Shown: positions 55,822-64,000 of the stretch, in pieces
How the letters are laid out: the number at the start of each line of letters is the position of its first letter
Position numbering within the stretch: the stretch's first letter is position 1
Assembly: GCA_040007995.1 (NCBI GenBank)
Contig: JBDTUA010000001.1
Coordinates: forward strand, 19,794 to 83,793
Reading direction: 5' to 3'
Length of the DNA stretch: 64,000 nt
Source of the DNA: Gemmatimonadota bacterium
GTDB lineage: Bacteria > Gemmatimonadota > Gemmatimonadetes > Gemmatimonadales > Gemmatimonadaceae
The notes under the pieces: generated by a model
Database searches by the model: none
What the model was told of the DNA's origin: nothing
Seen by the model: the letters and a program-made list of their open reading frames with translations, nothing else
Made by a program: the position numbers and the translations under genes

Positions 55822-57200
55822 CAGGACGCTCCTCGGGCAGCCGCCGCGAAGGCGCGCCCTCGCTCTTCGTAATTGTTGAACATGTCGAAACTCGAGCACG
55901 CGGGCGCGAGAAGCACCGCGTCACCTGGGCGCGCCAGCGCGCGGGCGCGCGCGATCACCAACGCGAAATCCCCATCGACGCGGTGCACGGCCGCCCGTCC
56001 TGCGAGGTCCGCCTCGATCCGAGCCGCCGCCTCGCCATAGGCGATGACGTGCCGGCAGTGGCGAGCCACCGAGTCGCCGAGCGCTGTGTACGGTTCTCCC
56101 TTGTGACGTCCGCCGAGCAACAGGACCGTCGGGCGCGTCATGCTCTCGATCACCACGCGCGACGCCGCGATATTCGTGGCCTTCGAGTCGTTGATCCAGA
56201 CTACGCCTCCGACATCGGCGACCGTCTCCAACCGATGTGGCGGGGGGTGGAAACCGCGCAAGGCAGTTGCCAGTCGGTCCCGGTCATCGAGGCTTTCGTG
56301 CGCCGAGTCCGCGGTCATCACGGCCAGCACGGCCGCCAGCGCATTGGCGACATTGTGGTCGCCGAGCAGTGGGAGTTCGTGACGTGGCAGCAGTTCCTTG
56401 TCGCGTACGATCAGCCGGCGCGTCCCCGCTCCACCGAGAAAGGCATCAGCCAGTCGCCCCGAGACGGCGAAGCGGTGCTGCACGCCACGAACGGGCCGAA
56501 CCATTGCCATGACCGCGGGGTCGTCGGCGTTCACGACCCACCGCGAGGCGTTGGTGGCGTGACGCAAGAGCAGCGCCTTGTCGGCATAGTAGTCCTCGAC
56601 ACGGTCGTATCGATCGAGGTGGTCGGGGGACAAGTTCGTGATCACCCCGACGGCCGGGTTGATCGAGGGCGTGTCATGAAGCTGAAAAGACGAGAGTTCA
56701 AGCGCCACCCACGCTGGAGGAGTGCGTCGCAACGCCACCTCACTCAGCGGCATGCCGATATTTCCGGCGGCCACGGCGTCCTCACCAACGCCTCGCAGCA
56801 GGTGCGCGATCAGCGCGGTGACGGTCGTTTTCCCGTTCGTCCCCGTGACGGCGATGTAGCGCAGTCCGGGCATGACCGCGAGCCCCAGTTCGATCTCGCT
56901 GATGACCGGTACGCCGGCCGCGTGCGCGGCGGTGAGCGGGGCAGCGTCGGGCGGAACGCCCGGGCTGGCGACGACGAGCGACGCGTCGGCGATGCGTCGG
57001 ATGTCGTGGCCGCCGACCTGGGCATCGACGCCGAGCGCTGCCACCACTGCCCCCTGCGCCGCAACGGAGGCGCCCCTGCCGGCATCGGACGCGTAGACGC
57101 GCGACCCGAGACGACGCAGCAGGGTGCTGGCGGCCGTCCCGCTGCGCCCGAGTCCGACGACGGCTATTTCGCCCCGCGTCCACTCGTAAGGCGGCGTCAT
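55821..57200 (-). CDS. murD: UDP-N-acetylmuramoylalanine--D-glutamate ligase
   Basis: VVGLGRSGTAA, VTGTNGKTTVT and Mur ligase domains. The start MTPPYEW (57200) forms an ATGA overlap with mraY. Confidence 0.9.
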   Translation of the reverse strand: MTPPYEWTRGEIAVVGLGRSGTAASTLLRRLGSRVYASDAGRGASVAAQGAVVAALGVDAQVGGHDIRRIADASLVVASPGVPPDAAPLTAAHAAGVPVISEIELGLAVMPGLRYIAVTGTNGKTTVTALIAHLLRGVGEDAVAAGNIGMPLSEVALRRTPPAWVALELSSFQLHDTPSINPAVGVITNLSPDHLDRYDRVEDYYADKALLLRHATNASRWVVNADDPAVMAMVRPVRGVQHRFAVSGRLADAFLGGAGTRRLIVRDKELLPRHELPLLGDHNVANALAAVLAVMTADSAHESLDDRDRLATALRGFHPPPHRLETVADVGGVVWINDSKATNIAASRVVIESMTRPTVLLLGGRHKGEPYTALGDSVARHCRHVIAYGEAAARIEADLAGRAAVHRVDGDFALVIARARALARPGDAVLLAPACSSFDMFNNYEERGRAFAAAARGAS

Positions 57201-58339
57201 CGCAATTTCAGCGTCGTGAAGGCGATGAATGCACAGAGGATCCCCAGGATCCAGAATCGGACCACCACCTGTGTCTCTTTCCATCCCTTCAGCTCGAAGT
57301 GATGATGGAGCGGTGCCCGGAGGAAGACACGATGCTGTCTCGCGTATTCGAGGCCGTGGCGACGACGCCGGATCTTGAAGACAGCGCGTTGGATGATCAC
57401 CGAGGTGGTTTCCGCAGCGAACACGCCTCCGACGAACAGGAGGAGAAACTCGCTCTTGAGCAGGATCGCAATCGCTCCAAGCGCGCCACCGAGCGCGAGC
57501 GAGCCGGTGTCGCCCATGAAGACCTGCGCGGGATGCGCGTTGTACCAGAGGAAGCCGATGCAGGCCCCGGCCAGCGCGAGACAGTAGACGGTGAGCTCCC
57601 CCGCACCGCGCAGGTAGAACAGCTGCAGGTAGGCGCTCGCGTCAACCCGCCCCATGACGTAGGCGAAGAGCGCGAAGGTGACGATGGCGATCGCCGTGAG
57701 CCCCGCCGCCAGGCCGTCCAGCCCATCGGTGAGATTCACCGAGTTGCTAACGCCCGTGAGAATGAACGTGGTGAACGGGACATAGAGCCAGGAGAGCGCA
57801 GCCGACGCGGGGACGATCAGCACGTATTTGAGGAACGGAACGGTCGTCGATGCACCGGGAAGGGTGGACACCGGATACTGCCAGAGGATGTAGCCGAAGA
57901 TCAACCCGATCGACACCTGTCCGGCGAGCTTATAGCGCTCCACGAGCCCCTCGTTCTTCCGCCCTTCCCGCTTTTGCTTCAGCTTGAGATAATCGTCCAC
58001 GAATCCGATCCCACCCATCCACACCGTCACCAGGAGCGCCAGCAGCACGTACCGGTTGTCGAGCCGTGTCCAGAGCAACGTCGGGATGATCGCACACACG
58101 AGGATGATCAACCCACCCATCGTCGGCGTCTCGCCCTTCGATTGGTGCGAGTCCGGCGTTCCTTCCCGAATCCCCTGCCGCACGCTCAACGCCTGCAGGC
58201 GCCTGACGATGGCCGGACCGATCAGGAACGACAGGAGCACGGCCGTGACCGCGGCCGCGGCCGCACGGACCGAGATGTAGTTGATCAGTCGGAGCGGCGG
58301 AAAGTCGGAGATGTAGCGCGATAGAAGGAAGTGGAGCAC
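57197..58339 (-). CDS. mraY: Phospho-N-acetylmuramoyl-pentapeptide transferase
   Basis: KGETPTMGG, NSVNLTDGLDGLAAG, VFMGDTGSLALGGALG and HHHFE. The start is GTG at 58339. Confidence 0.95.
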   Translation of the reverse strand: MLHFLLSRYISDFPPLRLINYISVRAAAAAVTAVLLSFLIGPAIVRRLQALSVRQGIREGTPDSHQSKGETPTMGGLIILVCAIIPTLLWTRLDNRYVLLALLVTVWMGGIGFVDDYLKLKQKREGRKNEGLVERYKLAGQVSIGLIFGYILWQYPVSTLPGASTTVPFLKYVLIVPASAALSWLYVPFTTFILTGVSNSVNLTDGLDGLAAGLTAIAIVTFALFAYVMGRVDASAYLQLFYLRGAGELTVYCLALAGACIGFLWYNAHPAQVFMGDTGSLALGGALGAIAILLKSEFLLLFVGGVFAAETTSVIIQRAVFKIRRRRHGLEYARQHRVFLRAPLHHHFELKGWKETQVVVRFWILGILCAFIAFTTLKLR

Positions 58340-58351
58340 AGAATGGTTTTA

Positions 58352-58367
58352 GAAGACGAGAAGACGA
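58352..58367 (-). repeat. Two tandem copies of the same 8-bp unit (GAAGACGA / UCGUCUUC) in the murF-mraY spacer
   Basis: Read directly: agaagacgagaagacgatcg. The minus-strand leader reads ...UCGUCUUCUCGUCUUCUAAAACCAUUCU GUG (mraY start). Confidence 0.8.
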
Positions 58368-58380
58368 TCGCGCTGCGCGA

Positions 58381-59760
58381 CTACGATGCGGGGAGCGGAG
58401 GTTCGAGCCCGGCGAAGCGACGCAGGTGGGGAAGGAGGCGTTCCAGTCGCATGCCGCGGGAGCCCTTGAGCAACACGACGGCATCGGCGGGAAGGCGGGG
58501 TGAGAGGAGTGGCCAGAGGGCGTCGGCATCCGGCGCCGTCAGCACCCGGGGGTCGTTCGGTGCAAGGCGCGCGAACGACGCTTCAAACTCGCCGACGCCA
58601 GCGATGACCTGCGCGTCGGAGGTGAGCGCCCGACGGGCGATCTCCTCGTGAAGTGCGGTGCCCTGCCCCCCCAGTTCCAGCATCGAGCCGAGGATCGCGA
58701 CCTGAGGCCGCCCGGCGCCGACCGCCGCGAGGAGGCTTAACGCCTCTCGTGCGGAGGCAGGATTGGCATTGTAGGCGTCATTCAGCACGAGGAGCGAGCC
58801 GTAGGACTCGAGCGTGCTCCGCATCGAGAGCTGTGCCAGCGACGCCATCGCATCCGCCGCCTCCACGTCCGGCACACCGCAGGCCCGGGCAACCGCCAGC
58901 GCGAGTAACGCATTTCGCAGGTTGTGTGCGCCCAGCAGCGGGACGGTGAGGGTGACCGCGCCGAAGGTAGCCCATCCGCGACCATCCATCCCGATTCCGA
59001 ACCGATCCGGGACGACGTCCCCGGCGCTCGTGCCCGCCTCGACAAGTCGACGCCCCGTCGCGCGAGCCTCCCGGCCGATTTCCGGCTGCTCTGCCGGCGA
59101 AATCGCGAGCGACACTCCTTCGAAGACGGCGCATTCCTCGCGCAGCACGCCGGCGAGGTCGCCCAGCCCTTCGAGATGCTCCTCGCCGACCGACGTGACG
59201 ACGGCGATGTCGGGGTCGACGAGGGCGCGCAACGCGCTCACCTCACCGGGATGATTGGTCCCGATTTCGACGACCGCGATCGCCGCCTCGTCCGGGATGG
59301 CGAGGAGGGTGAGCGGGACGCCGATGTGATTGTTCAGGTTCCCGCGCGTAGCGTGTACCTCGAAGCGCGCTGACAGTGCGGCCGCGATCAACTCCTTCGT
59401 GCTCGTCTTGCCATTGGAACCGGCCACGGCCACGATTGTCCCGCCCCACGCCCGTCGCCGGAAGGTGCCTAACGCTCCAAGCGCGTGGGTAGTGTCGTCC
59501 ACTACGAAGGCTGGTACCCCGAGCCCGACCACCCGCCTCGCGTCGGACGCGACAACCGCCGTGGCGCCACGACGCACCGCCTCGGCCATGAAGTCGTGCG
59601 CGTCGTATCGCTCGCCGATAAGGGCGACAAAGAGGTCGCCGGTGGCGACGGTTCTCGTGTCGGTCGCGACGCGCGTCAGAGGTTGCGGCCCCGAGGGCCG
59701 CGCCCCCGTCAGCTGGGACCTGAGCGCCTGCGTCACGCGATCGAGCGTCCAGAAACTCAC
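58381..59760 (-). CDS. murF: UDP-N-acetylmuramoyl-tripeptide--D-alanyl-D-alanine ligase
   Basis: VAGSNGKTSTKE and Mur ligase middle and C-terminal domains (DAYNANP). Position between murE and mraY. Confidence 0.9.
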   Translation of the reverse strand: MSFWTLDRVTQALRSQLTGARPSGPQPLTRVATDTRTVATGDLFVALIGERYDAHDFMAEAVRRGATAVVASDARRVVGLGVPAFVVDDTTHALGALGTFRRRAWGGTIVAVAGSNGKTSTKELIAAALSARFEVHATRGNLNNHIGVPLTLLAIPDEAAIAVVEIGTNHPGEVSALRALVDPDIAVVTSVGEEHLEGLGDLAGVLREECAVFEGVSLAISPAEQPEIGREARATGRRLVEAGTSAGDVVPDRFGIGMDGRGWATFGAVTLTVPLLGAHNLRNALLALAVARACGVPDVEAADAMASLAQLSMRSTLESYGSLLVLNDAYNANPASAREALSLLAAVGAGRPQVAILGSMLELGGQGTALHEEIARRALTSDAQVIAGVGEFEASFARLAPNDPRVLTAPDADALWPLLSPRLPADAVVLLKGSRGMRLERLLPHLRRFAGLEPPLPAS

Positions 59761-61250
59761 GGCCGCCCCCGGACCGACGTCGCGGCCAATTCGTGGACGA
59801 TCGCCTTCTCATCAAACGGATACGAGGTCGTCCCCCGGATCTGGTATGTCTCGTGTCCCTTGCCCGCCAGCACCACGACGTCGTCTTCCGTTGCCAGCGC
59901 CAGCGCTCGGGCGATGGCCGTACGCCGGTCCTCGATGCGCTCGTGTGCGTCATGCATCCCGGATTCGATCTCGTCGAGAATGCGCTCGGGATTCTCCGTG
60001 CGCGGATTGTCGCTCGTCAGGATGACGGTATCGGCGAGTCGCTCGGCGATCGCGCCCATGATCGGTCGCTTGCCGCGGTCACGATCGCCGCCGCATCCGA
60101 CGACGAGGATGAGGCGCCCCACCGAAAACGGACGCACCGCGACGAGCGCGCGCTGCAGCGCGTCCGGCTTGTGCGCGTAGTCTCGCAGGACGACAGGCTG
60201 CTCAAGGATACGCTCCAGCCGCCCCGGCACCTGGGGGAGCGTCGACAGGCGCTCGGCGACCTGCGTCGGGGAGTGGCCGAGCGCCCACGCGACCGCCGCC
60301 GAGCCTAACGCGTTCGAGATGTTGAAGTCACCGATCAACGGGAGGGACACGGACGCCGACCCGTCCGGCGTTTCGAGCGTCCACCGGCTGCCACTCGGCG
60401 ACAGCTGCACGTCGCGCGCGCGCACCTCGGCGGAGCGGCTCTCCAGCCCGTAGCGGACGATCCGCCTCGACGAGGGAAGCGCGCGCCACGTCTCCACGTC
60501 ATCGTTGATCACCACGACACCATCGGGCGCGACCAGGTCGACGAGCCGCGCCTTGGCGGTGAAGTATGCTTCCATCGTGCCGTGATAGTCCAGATGATCG
60601 CGCGACAGGTTGGAGAAAGTCGCCGCGGCGAATCGGAGCCCCTCGACCCGCTCCTGGTCGAGCGCGTGCGACGACACTTCCATGGCGACCGTCCGAACCC
60701 CGCTCTCGACCAACAAGCGTAGCACGCGCTGCAGCTCGACCGGCCCGGGAGTGGTCAGTCCGGCCCCACCCGGTAGCGTGCGTCCCTCGCTCCCCACGAG
60801 CACGCCGAGCGTGCCGAGGGATGCCGCCGCCGCTCCCGGCCCATCGAGGAGATGGCGCAACATCGACGCGGTCGTCGTCTTGCCGCTCGTGCCGGTCACA
60901 CCAACCATCGATAGCGAGCGTGCAGGAAAGTCGTGGAACGCCGACGCCGCGACGGCGGCGGCACGCCGACCCTCGCGGACGACGAGCGACGGGAGTGTCG
61001 TTCGTGCGTCGTCCTCGACGAGAGCGACCGCAGCGCCCGCGTGGGCCGCCGCATCGAGGAAGTCATGCCCATCGCGCTCGCTTCCGCGCACGGCGATGAA
61101 TGCCCCTCCCGCCCGCACCTGACGCGAGTCATCGGTGATCGCCGAGATGCGGGCCGGCAGCGTACCGACGACGCGCTCGAGCAGTTCCTCGTCGCGCAGT
61201 GCGCGCACGATCTGGTCGATCGCCACCGATCGATCGGTGAGAGCGGTCAC
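59757..61250 (-). CDS. murE: UDP-N-acetylmuramoyl-L-alanyl-D-glutamate--2,6-diaminopimelate ligase
   Basis: VTGTSGKTTT, and a C-terminal ...GCGGDRDRGKRPIMG...SDNPRTE consistent with the DNPR motif of DAP-adding MurE. Confidence 0.93.
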   Translation of the reverse strand: MTALTDRSVAIDQIVRALRDEELLERVVGTLPARISAITDDSRQVRAGGAFIAVRGSERDGHDFLDAAAHAGAAVALVEDDARTTLPSLVVREGRRAAAVAASAFHDFPARSLSMVGVTGTSGKTTTASMLRHLLDGPGAAAASLGTLGVLVGSEGRTLPGGAGLTTPGPVELQRVLRLLVESGVRTVAMEVSSHALDQERVEGLRFAAATFSNLSRDHLDYHGTMEAYFTAKARLVDLVAPDGVVVINDDVETWRALPSSRRIVRYGLESRSAEVRARDVQLSPSGSRWTLETPDGSASVSLPLIGDFNISNALGSAAVAWALGHSPTQVAERLSTLPQVPGRLERILEQPVVLRDYAHKPDALQRALVAVRPFSVGRLILVVGCGGDRDRGKRPIMGAIAERLADTVILTSDNPRTENPERILDEIESGMHDAHERIEDRRTAIARALALATEDDVVVLAGKGHETYQIRGTTSYPFDEKAIVHELAATSVRGRP

Positions 61251-63301
61251 GGACGCGCGAGTCGGACGAGGGCACCGGTGCGTGAGGGCGCACCGGCGGC
61301 AGGCGACGTAACGCCGCCACCAGTCGCCGTCAGCTGCACGCGGAATCCTGCGCGGTGAAGCTCTCGCACCGCCACCCGTAGCGGCAACCCGCGCACGTCA
61401 GGCACATGAACCACACGGGTGAGCCGTGGTTGCTCACGGAGTGGACGCGAGATGTCGAAGCGCGCCGGTTCCTGCATCTCGGGATCGGGGGTGGAATCGA
61501 CCCACGCCGCACGCGGGGTGGGCGGCGCCGATTGCGGATCACCCGTGGAATCGGTCGCCACCGCTCCGGCGGCAACCTGTCGAACAGCGGCGGAGGCGGG
61601 CGCGCCGACGATCGCCGGCGGCGGCACGAGGTAGGACTCGCGACGCCCGGTCAGCTTGCCCCAGTCGAGCGATGCATTGCGCGCGGCAACTGCGGCGGTG
61701 ATGATCGCCTTCGCCACGGGCGCCGCCGTCTTGCCGCCGAAGTATGAGCCGCGCGGATTGTCGATCTTGATGAGGACCACATACTGCGGTTTGGCGGCCG
61801 GGAAGAGGGCGACAAACGACGACGTGTAGGTCTGCGTGCCCCCGCGGCCGTAGCGCCCACCAACGGTTCGGCGCGCGGTGCCGCTCTTGCCCGCCACGTC
61901 GAACGTTGCCAGTCCCGCGTCCTGCGCAGTGCCGCTGTCCACCACGCTCTCCAACATCCGCATTACCGTCCGCGTCGTCTTCTCGTCGTAGACCCGTCGC
62001 ACGGCGCGCGGCTGGTGCTGGTACGTCACGTGTCCGTCCGCGTCGCGGATTTCCTTGATGAGCGCCGGTGCCATGAGTTCCCCGCCGTTGGCGAGCGTTC
62101 CGTACGCCAGTGCGAGTTGAAGCGGCGTCACGGCGACCTCGTAGCCGATCGCGAGCGAGTGATGCGACTGGATCGACCAGCGCTTCGGGATGTTGAGCGT
62201 CCCGCCGGACTCCTGCGGGAAGGAAATGCCCGTCGGCGTCCCGAAGCCGATGTCGCGATAGAGCGAGAAGAGTTCGCCGTCTTTGAGCCGCTCGCTGAGG
62301 CGCGCGATGCCCACGTTACTCGAATAGCGGATCACGTCGGTCACCGACATCGACGCGGCCTTGTGGAGGTCGGTGATGCGTCGGCCGAAGACTTCGTACA
62401 CGCCGTTCGAGGTATTGATGATTTCGGTCGGGGTGGTCTTCCCCATCTCGAGGAGTCGGCCCACGAGGAAGGGCTTGAGCGTCGAACCCGGCTCGAACGG
62501 TTCCACGATCGTCATCGGGGCGGCGAGGCGGATCCGACGGCGATTGCTCGACAGGCAGCGAATCTCCCCGGAATGCGGATCGAGGATCACCACGTCGCCG
62601 CCATCCGCATTGAGGCGACCGACCGCATCGTCGAGCGCCTGGTCGCAGATATCCTGCAGTACCTGGTTGATCGTGAGGCGTACCGAGTGCCCGGGACGGG
62701 GCGGCTCCGTCAGCATGTCGGGGGTTGCGAAGCGATTGCCGTTGGCGGCACGGAGCGTCTGCGCGCGACCCGGCTCGCCTCGCAGGAGCGAGTCGAGTAG
62801 GAGCTCGATCCCCTCCGAGTTGCTGCCGTCAAGGTCGGCCCTCCCCACGAGCTGCCGAGTACCGGCCGACTGCACGTAGACGCGATCGCCAGCCGGCGCC
62901 GACCGGACCCCCGGCACCTTCATCAGGTCCGCAACCTTGGAGGGCTGGAACCGCTCGCGCAGGTCGTACCACTTGCGCTTCTTGTCGAGGACCGGGCGCG
63001 CACGGCTCGCCGGGACGCCCAACTTGAGCAGCGTGCGAAACAGTCCCTGTCGGTCCTTCATGTCGTCGAGCTTGAAGCTGAGCTTGACCAACTCACGGCT
63101 GCGGGCGAGCGACACCCCGGTCGCATCCTCGATCTCGCCGCGTGGCGCCGGCAGCGACGCCTCGGCGGTATGCTGGTTGACCGCGCGACGCGCCCACGCC
63201 TCGTGCTCGAATAGCTGCACCTGTGCGGCCCGTGCGACGAGCGCAATCGAGAAGACGGCCAGAACGCCGTGTACGATCGACAGTCGGCTGGGTGTGATCA
63301 T
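61247..63301 (-). CDS. ftsI: Penicillin-binding protein (FtsI/PBP3-type transpeptidase) with a C-terminal PASTA-like domain
   Basis: An N-terminal TM helix, a dimerisation domain, and the transpeptidase motifs SxxK (EPGSTLKPF), SxN (YSSNVG) and KSG (GKSGTA). The C-terminal VHVPDVRGLPLRVAVRELHRAGFRVQL...GALVRL resembles a PASTA repeat. Confidence 0.9.
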   Translation of the reverse strand: MITPSRLSIVHGVLAVFSIALVARAAQVQLFEHEAWARRAVNQHTAEASLPAPRGEIEDATGVSLARSRELVKLSFKLDDMKDRQGLFRTLLKLGVPASRARPVLDKKRKWYDLRERFQPSKVADLMKVPGVRSAPAGDRVYVQSAGTRQLVGRADLDGSNSEGIELLLDSLLRGEPGRAQTLRAANGNRFATPDMLTEPPRPGHSVRLTINQVLQDICDQALDDAVGRLNADGGDVVILDPHSGEIRCLSSNRRRIRLAAPMTIVEPFEPGSTLKPFLVGRLLEMGKTTPTEIINTSNGVYEVFGRRITDLHKAASMSVTDVIRYSSNVGIARLSERLKDGELFSLYRDIGFGTPTGISFPQESGGTLNIPKRWSIQSHHSLAIGYEVAVTPLQLALAYGTLANGGELMAPALIKEIRDADGHVTYQHQPRAVRRVYDEKTTRTVMRMLESVVDSGTAQDAGLATFDVAGKSGTARRTVGGRYGRGGTQTYTSSFVALFPAAKPQYVVLIKIDNPRGSYFGGKTAAPVAKAIITAAVAARNASLDWGKLTGRRESYLVPPPAIVGAPASAAVRQVAAGAVATDSTGDPQSAPPTPRAAWVDSTPDPEMQEPARFDISRPLREQPRLTRVVHVPDVRGLPLRVAVRELHRAGFRVQLTATGGGVTSPAAGAPSRTGALVRLARP

Positions 63302-63319
63302 GAGATCTCTGCCGTCTCC

Positions 63320-63628
63320 TCAGTTCCTGGCGCGCGGCACCGGCATCGGCAGCCGGATGCTCTGCGAGTCGCTGGCGTACTTCAATCCCAGCCGTGCGAC
63401 GGCGATCGGCCCCAGACGGCCGATGCTGGTGGCGCTGCGAATGTCGTTCACAAGGCGCGACCGCTCAGCCTCGAGTTCCTTGTACTGGCTCTCGAGCTTT
63501 CGCATCTCCACCGCCTTTTCGTAGCCGATCGTGCGTCGCCATACCACGCCCGCCATAACTATGACGAACGCGCCAAGCGCGAGGGCGATCTTGACGCGAC
63601 CGCGCGCGGCTACGCGGCGCTTTGCCAT
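63320..63628 (-). CDS. ftsL: Cell division protein FtsL-like (single TM plus coiled coil)
   Basis: MAKRRVAARGRVKIALALGAFVIVMAGVVWRR has a TM helix and is followed by a heptad-rich KAVEMRKLESQYKELEAERSRL. Position between rsmH and ftsI. The start is uncertain. Confidence 0.6.
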   Translation of the reverse strand: MAKRRVAARGRVKIALALGAFVIVMAGVVWRRTIGYEKAVEMRKLESQYKELEAERSRLVNDIRSATSIGRLGPIAVARLGLKYASDSQSIRLPMPVPRARN

Positions 63629-64000
63629 GCTCGGAGTCTCGCGCTGCGCGCGCGAGCGTTGGCCGCCACCTCGTCGGCGGCTGCAGTGATGGACCGTCGC
63701 GTCAGCTGGCTCCCCAACGCGCTCCCGCGACATGTGCACATCGGCTGGCGCGGCGGACAGATGCAGGCCGTGCTCCACTCGCGAAACGCATGCTTCACCA
63801 GACGATCCTCGCCCGAGTGATAGGCAATCACGGCAAGCGTCCCGCCCGGACGCAGGTGGTCACGCAGCACGGGCAGGGCGCGCGCGAGCCCCGCGAGTTC
63901 ATCGTTGATCGCAATGCGGACGGCCTGAAAGAGACGTGCGAAGTCCGCTGCGCCAGAGGTGGCCCCGAGGACGGCGCGGATCGCGCCCACGAAATCGTCG
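63610..64000 (-). CDS. rsmH: 16S rRNA (cytosine1402-N4)-methyltransferase RsmH (MraW); C-terminal part only, N-terminus beyond the window
   Basis: ...FQAVRIAINDELAGL...GGTLAVIAYHSGEDRLVKHAF... are RsmH motifs. The frame stays open to the window edge. Confidence 0.85.
   Translation of the reverse strand, partial: DDFVGAIRAVLGATSGAADFARLFQAVRIAINDELAGLARALPVLRDHLRPGGTLAVIAYHSGEDRLVKHAFREWSTACICPPRQPMCTCRGSALGSQLTRRSITAAADEVAANARARSARLRAWQSAA

Noticed and set aside
1-64000. Mobile elements, prophage, defence islands, toxin-antitoxin pairs, tRNA/rRNA genes, and BMC-H shell genes to accompany eutN.
   Set aside because: I found no transposase, integrase, Cas or restriction-like ORFs, no terminal inverted repeats, no tRNA-like cloverleaf regions in the few spacers, and no ORF with the BMC-H (PF00936) pattern. 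The window looks like conserved core chromosome.

Overview
GC-rich (by eye about two-thirds G+C) bacterial chromosomal core region with about 60 genes. All but three (mazG, a HAMP histidine kinase and its coupled lipoprotein) are on the minus strand, and most are joined by 1- or 4-nt stop/start overlaps (ATGA, GTGA, TTGA). Gene order by coordinate: (1) a FecCD permease and BtuF-like binding protein preceded by a cobalamin riboswitch. (2) A bifunctional-nuclease-family gene and metK. (3) A complete mannose-family PTS (EI, HPr, IID, IIC, IIB, IIA) fused to hprK and hpf. (4) A GT4 glycosyltransferase, nusB, ribH-ribBA-ribE-ribD, an outer-membrane barrel, purM and a PfkB kinase. (5) argS, an FmdB-like protein with a Ser/Gly tail built from 9-bp repeats, and an acyl-CoA mutase catalytic subunit. 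(6) fbp, a DUF4157-like HExxH protein, comEC and comFB. (7) miaB, a frameshifted mtaB, a receiver-histidine kinase, an OMP plus lipoprotein pair, an orphan EutN/CcmL shell-vertex gene, cdd, deoB and alr. (8) mazG, a DinB-family gene, asnS, a sensor kinase, recG, ftsY and a large membrane protein. (9) A dcw cluster read on the minus strand as rsmH-ftsL-ftsI-murE-murF-mraY-murD-ftsW-murG-murC-ftsQ-ftsA-ftsZ-M23 peptidase. I found no rRNA, tRNA, CRISPR, transposase, integrase or recognisable defence genes. Observations most worth following up: (a) the octamer GCCTAACG (CGTTAGGC in gene sense) is strongly over-represented and almost completely strand-polar, and is written into unrelated genes through the rare TTA Leu codon. 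(b) An orphan BMC-P (EutN/CcmL) gene is translationally coupled into a nucleoside-catabolism/envelope operon with no other shell genes nearby. (c) mtaB is broken at a (CG)5 tract, and its TRAM-domain tail continues in another frame up to the miaB start. (d) An FmdB-like protein has lost its zinc-ribbon cysteines and carries about 20 tandem 9-bp repeats. (e) A pyrimidine-rich 8-bp tandem repeat occurs in two leader regions. All coordinates and motif counts were read by hand. Family calls rest on motif recognition from memory, not database searches. I cannot assign a taxon from the sequence alone.
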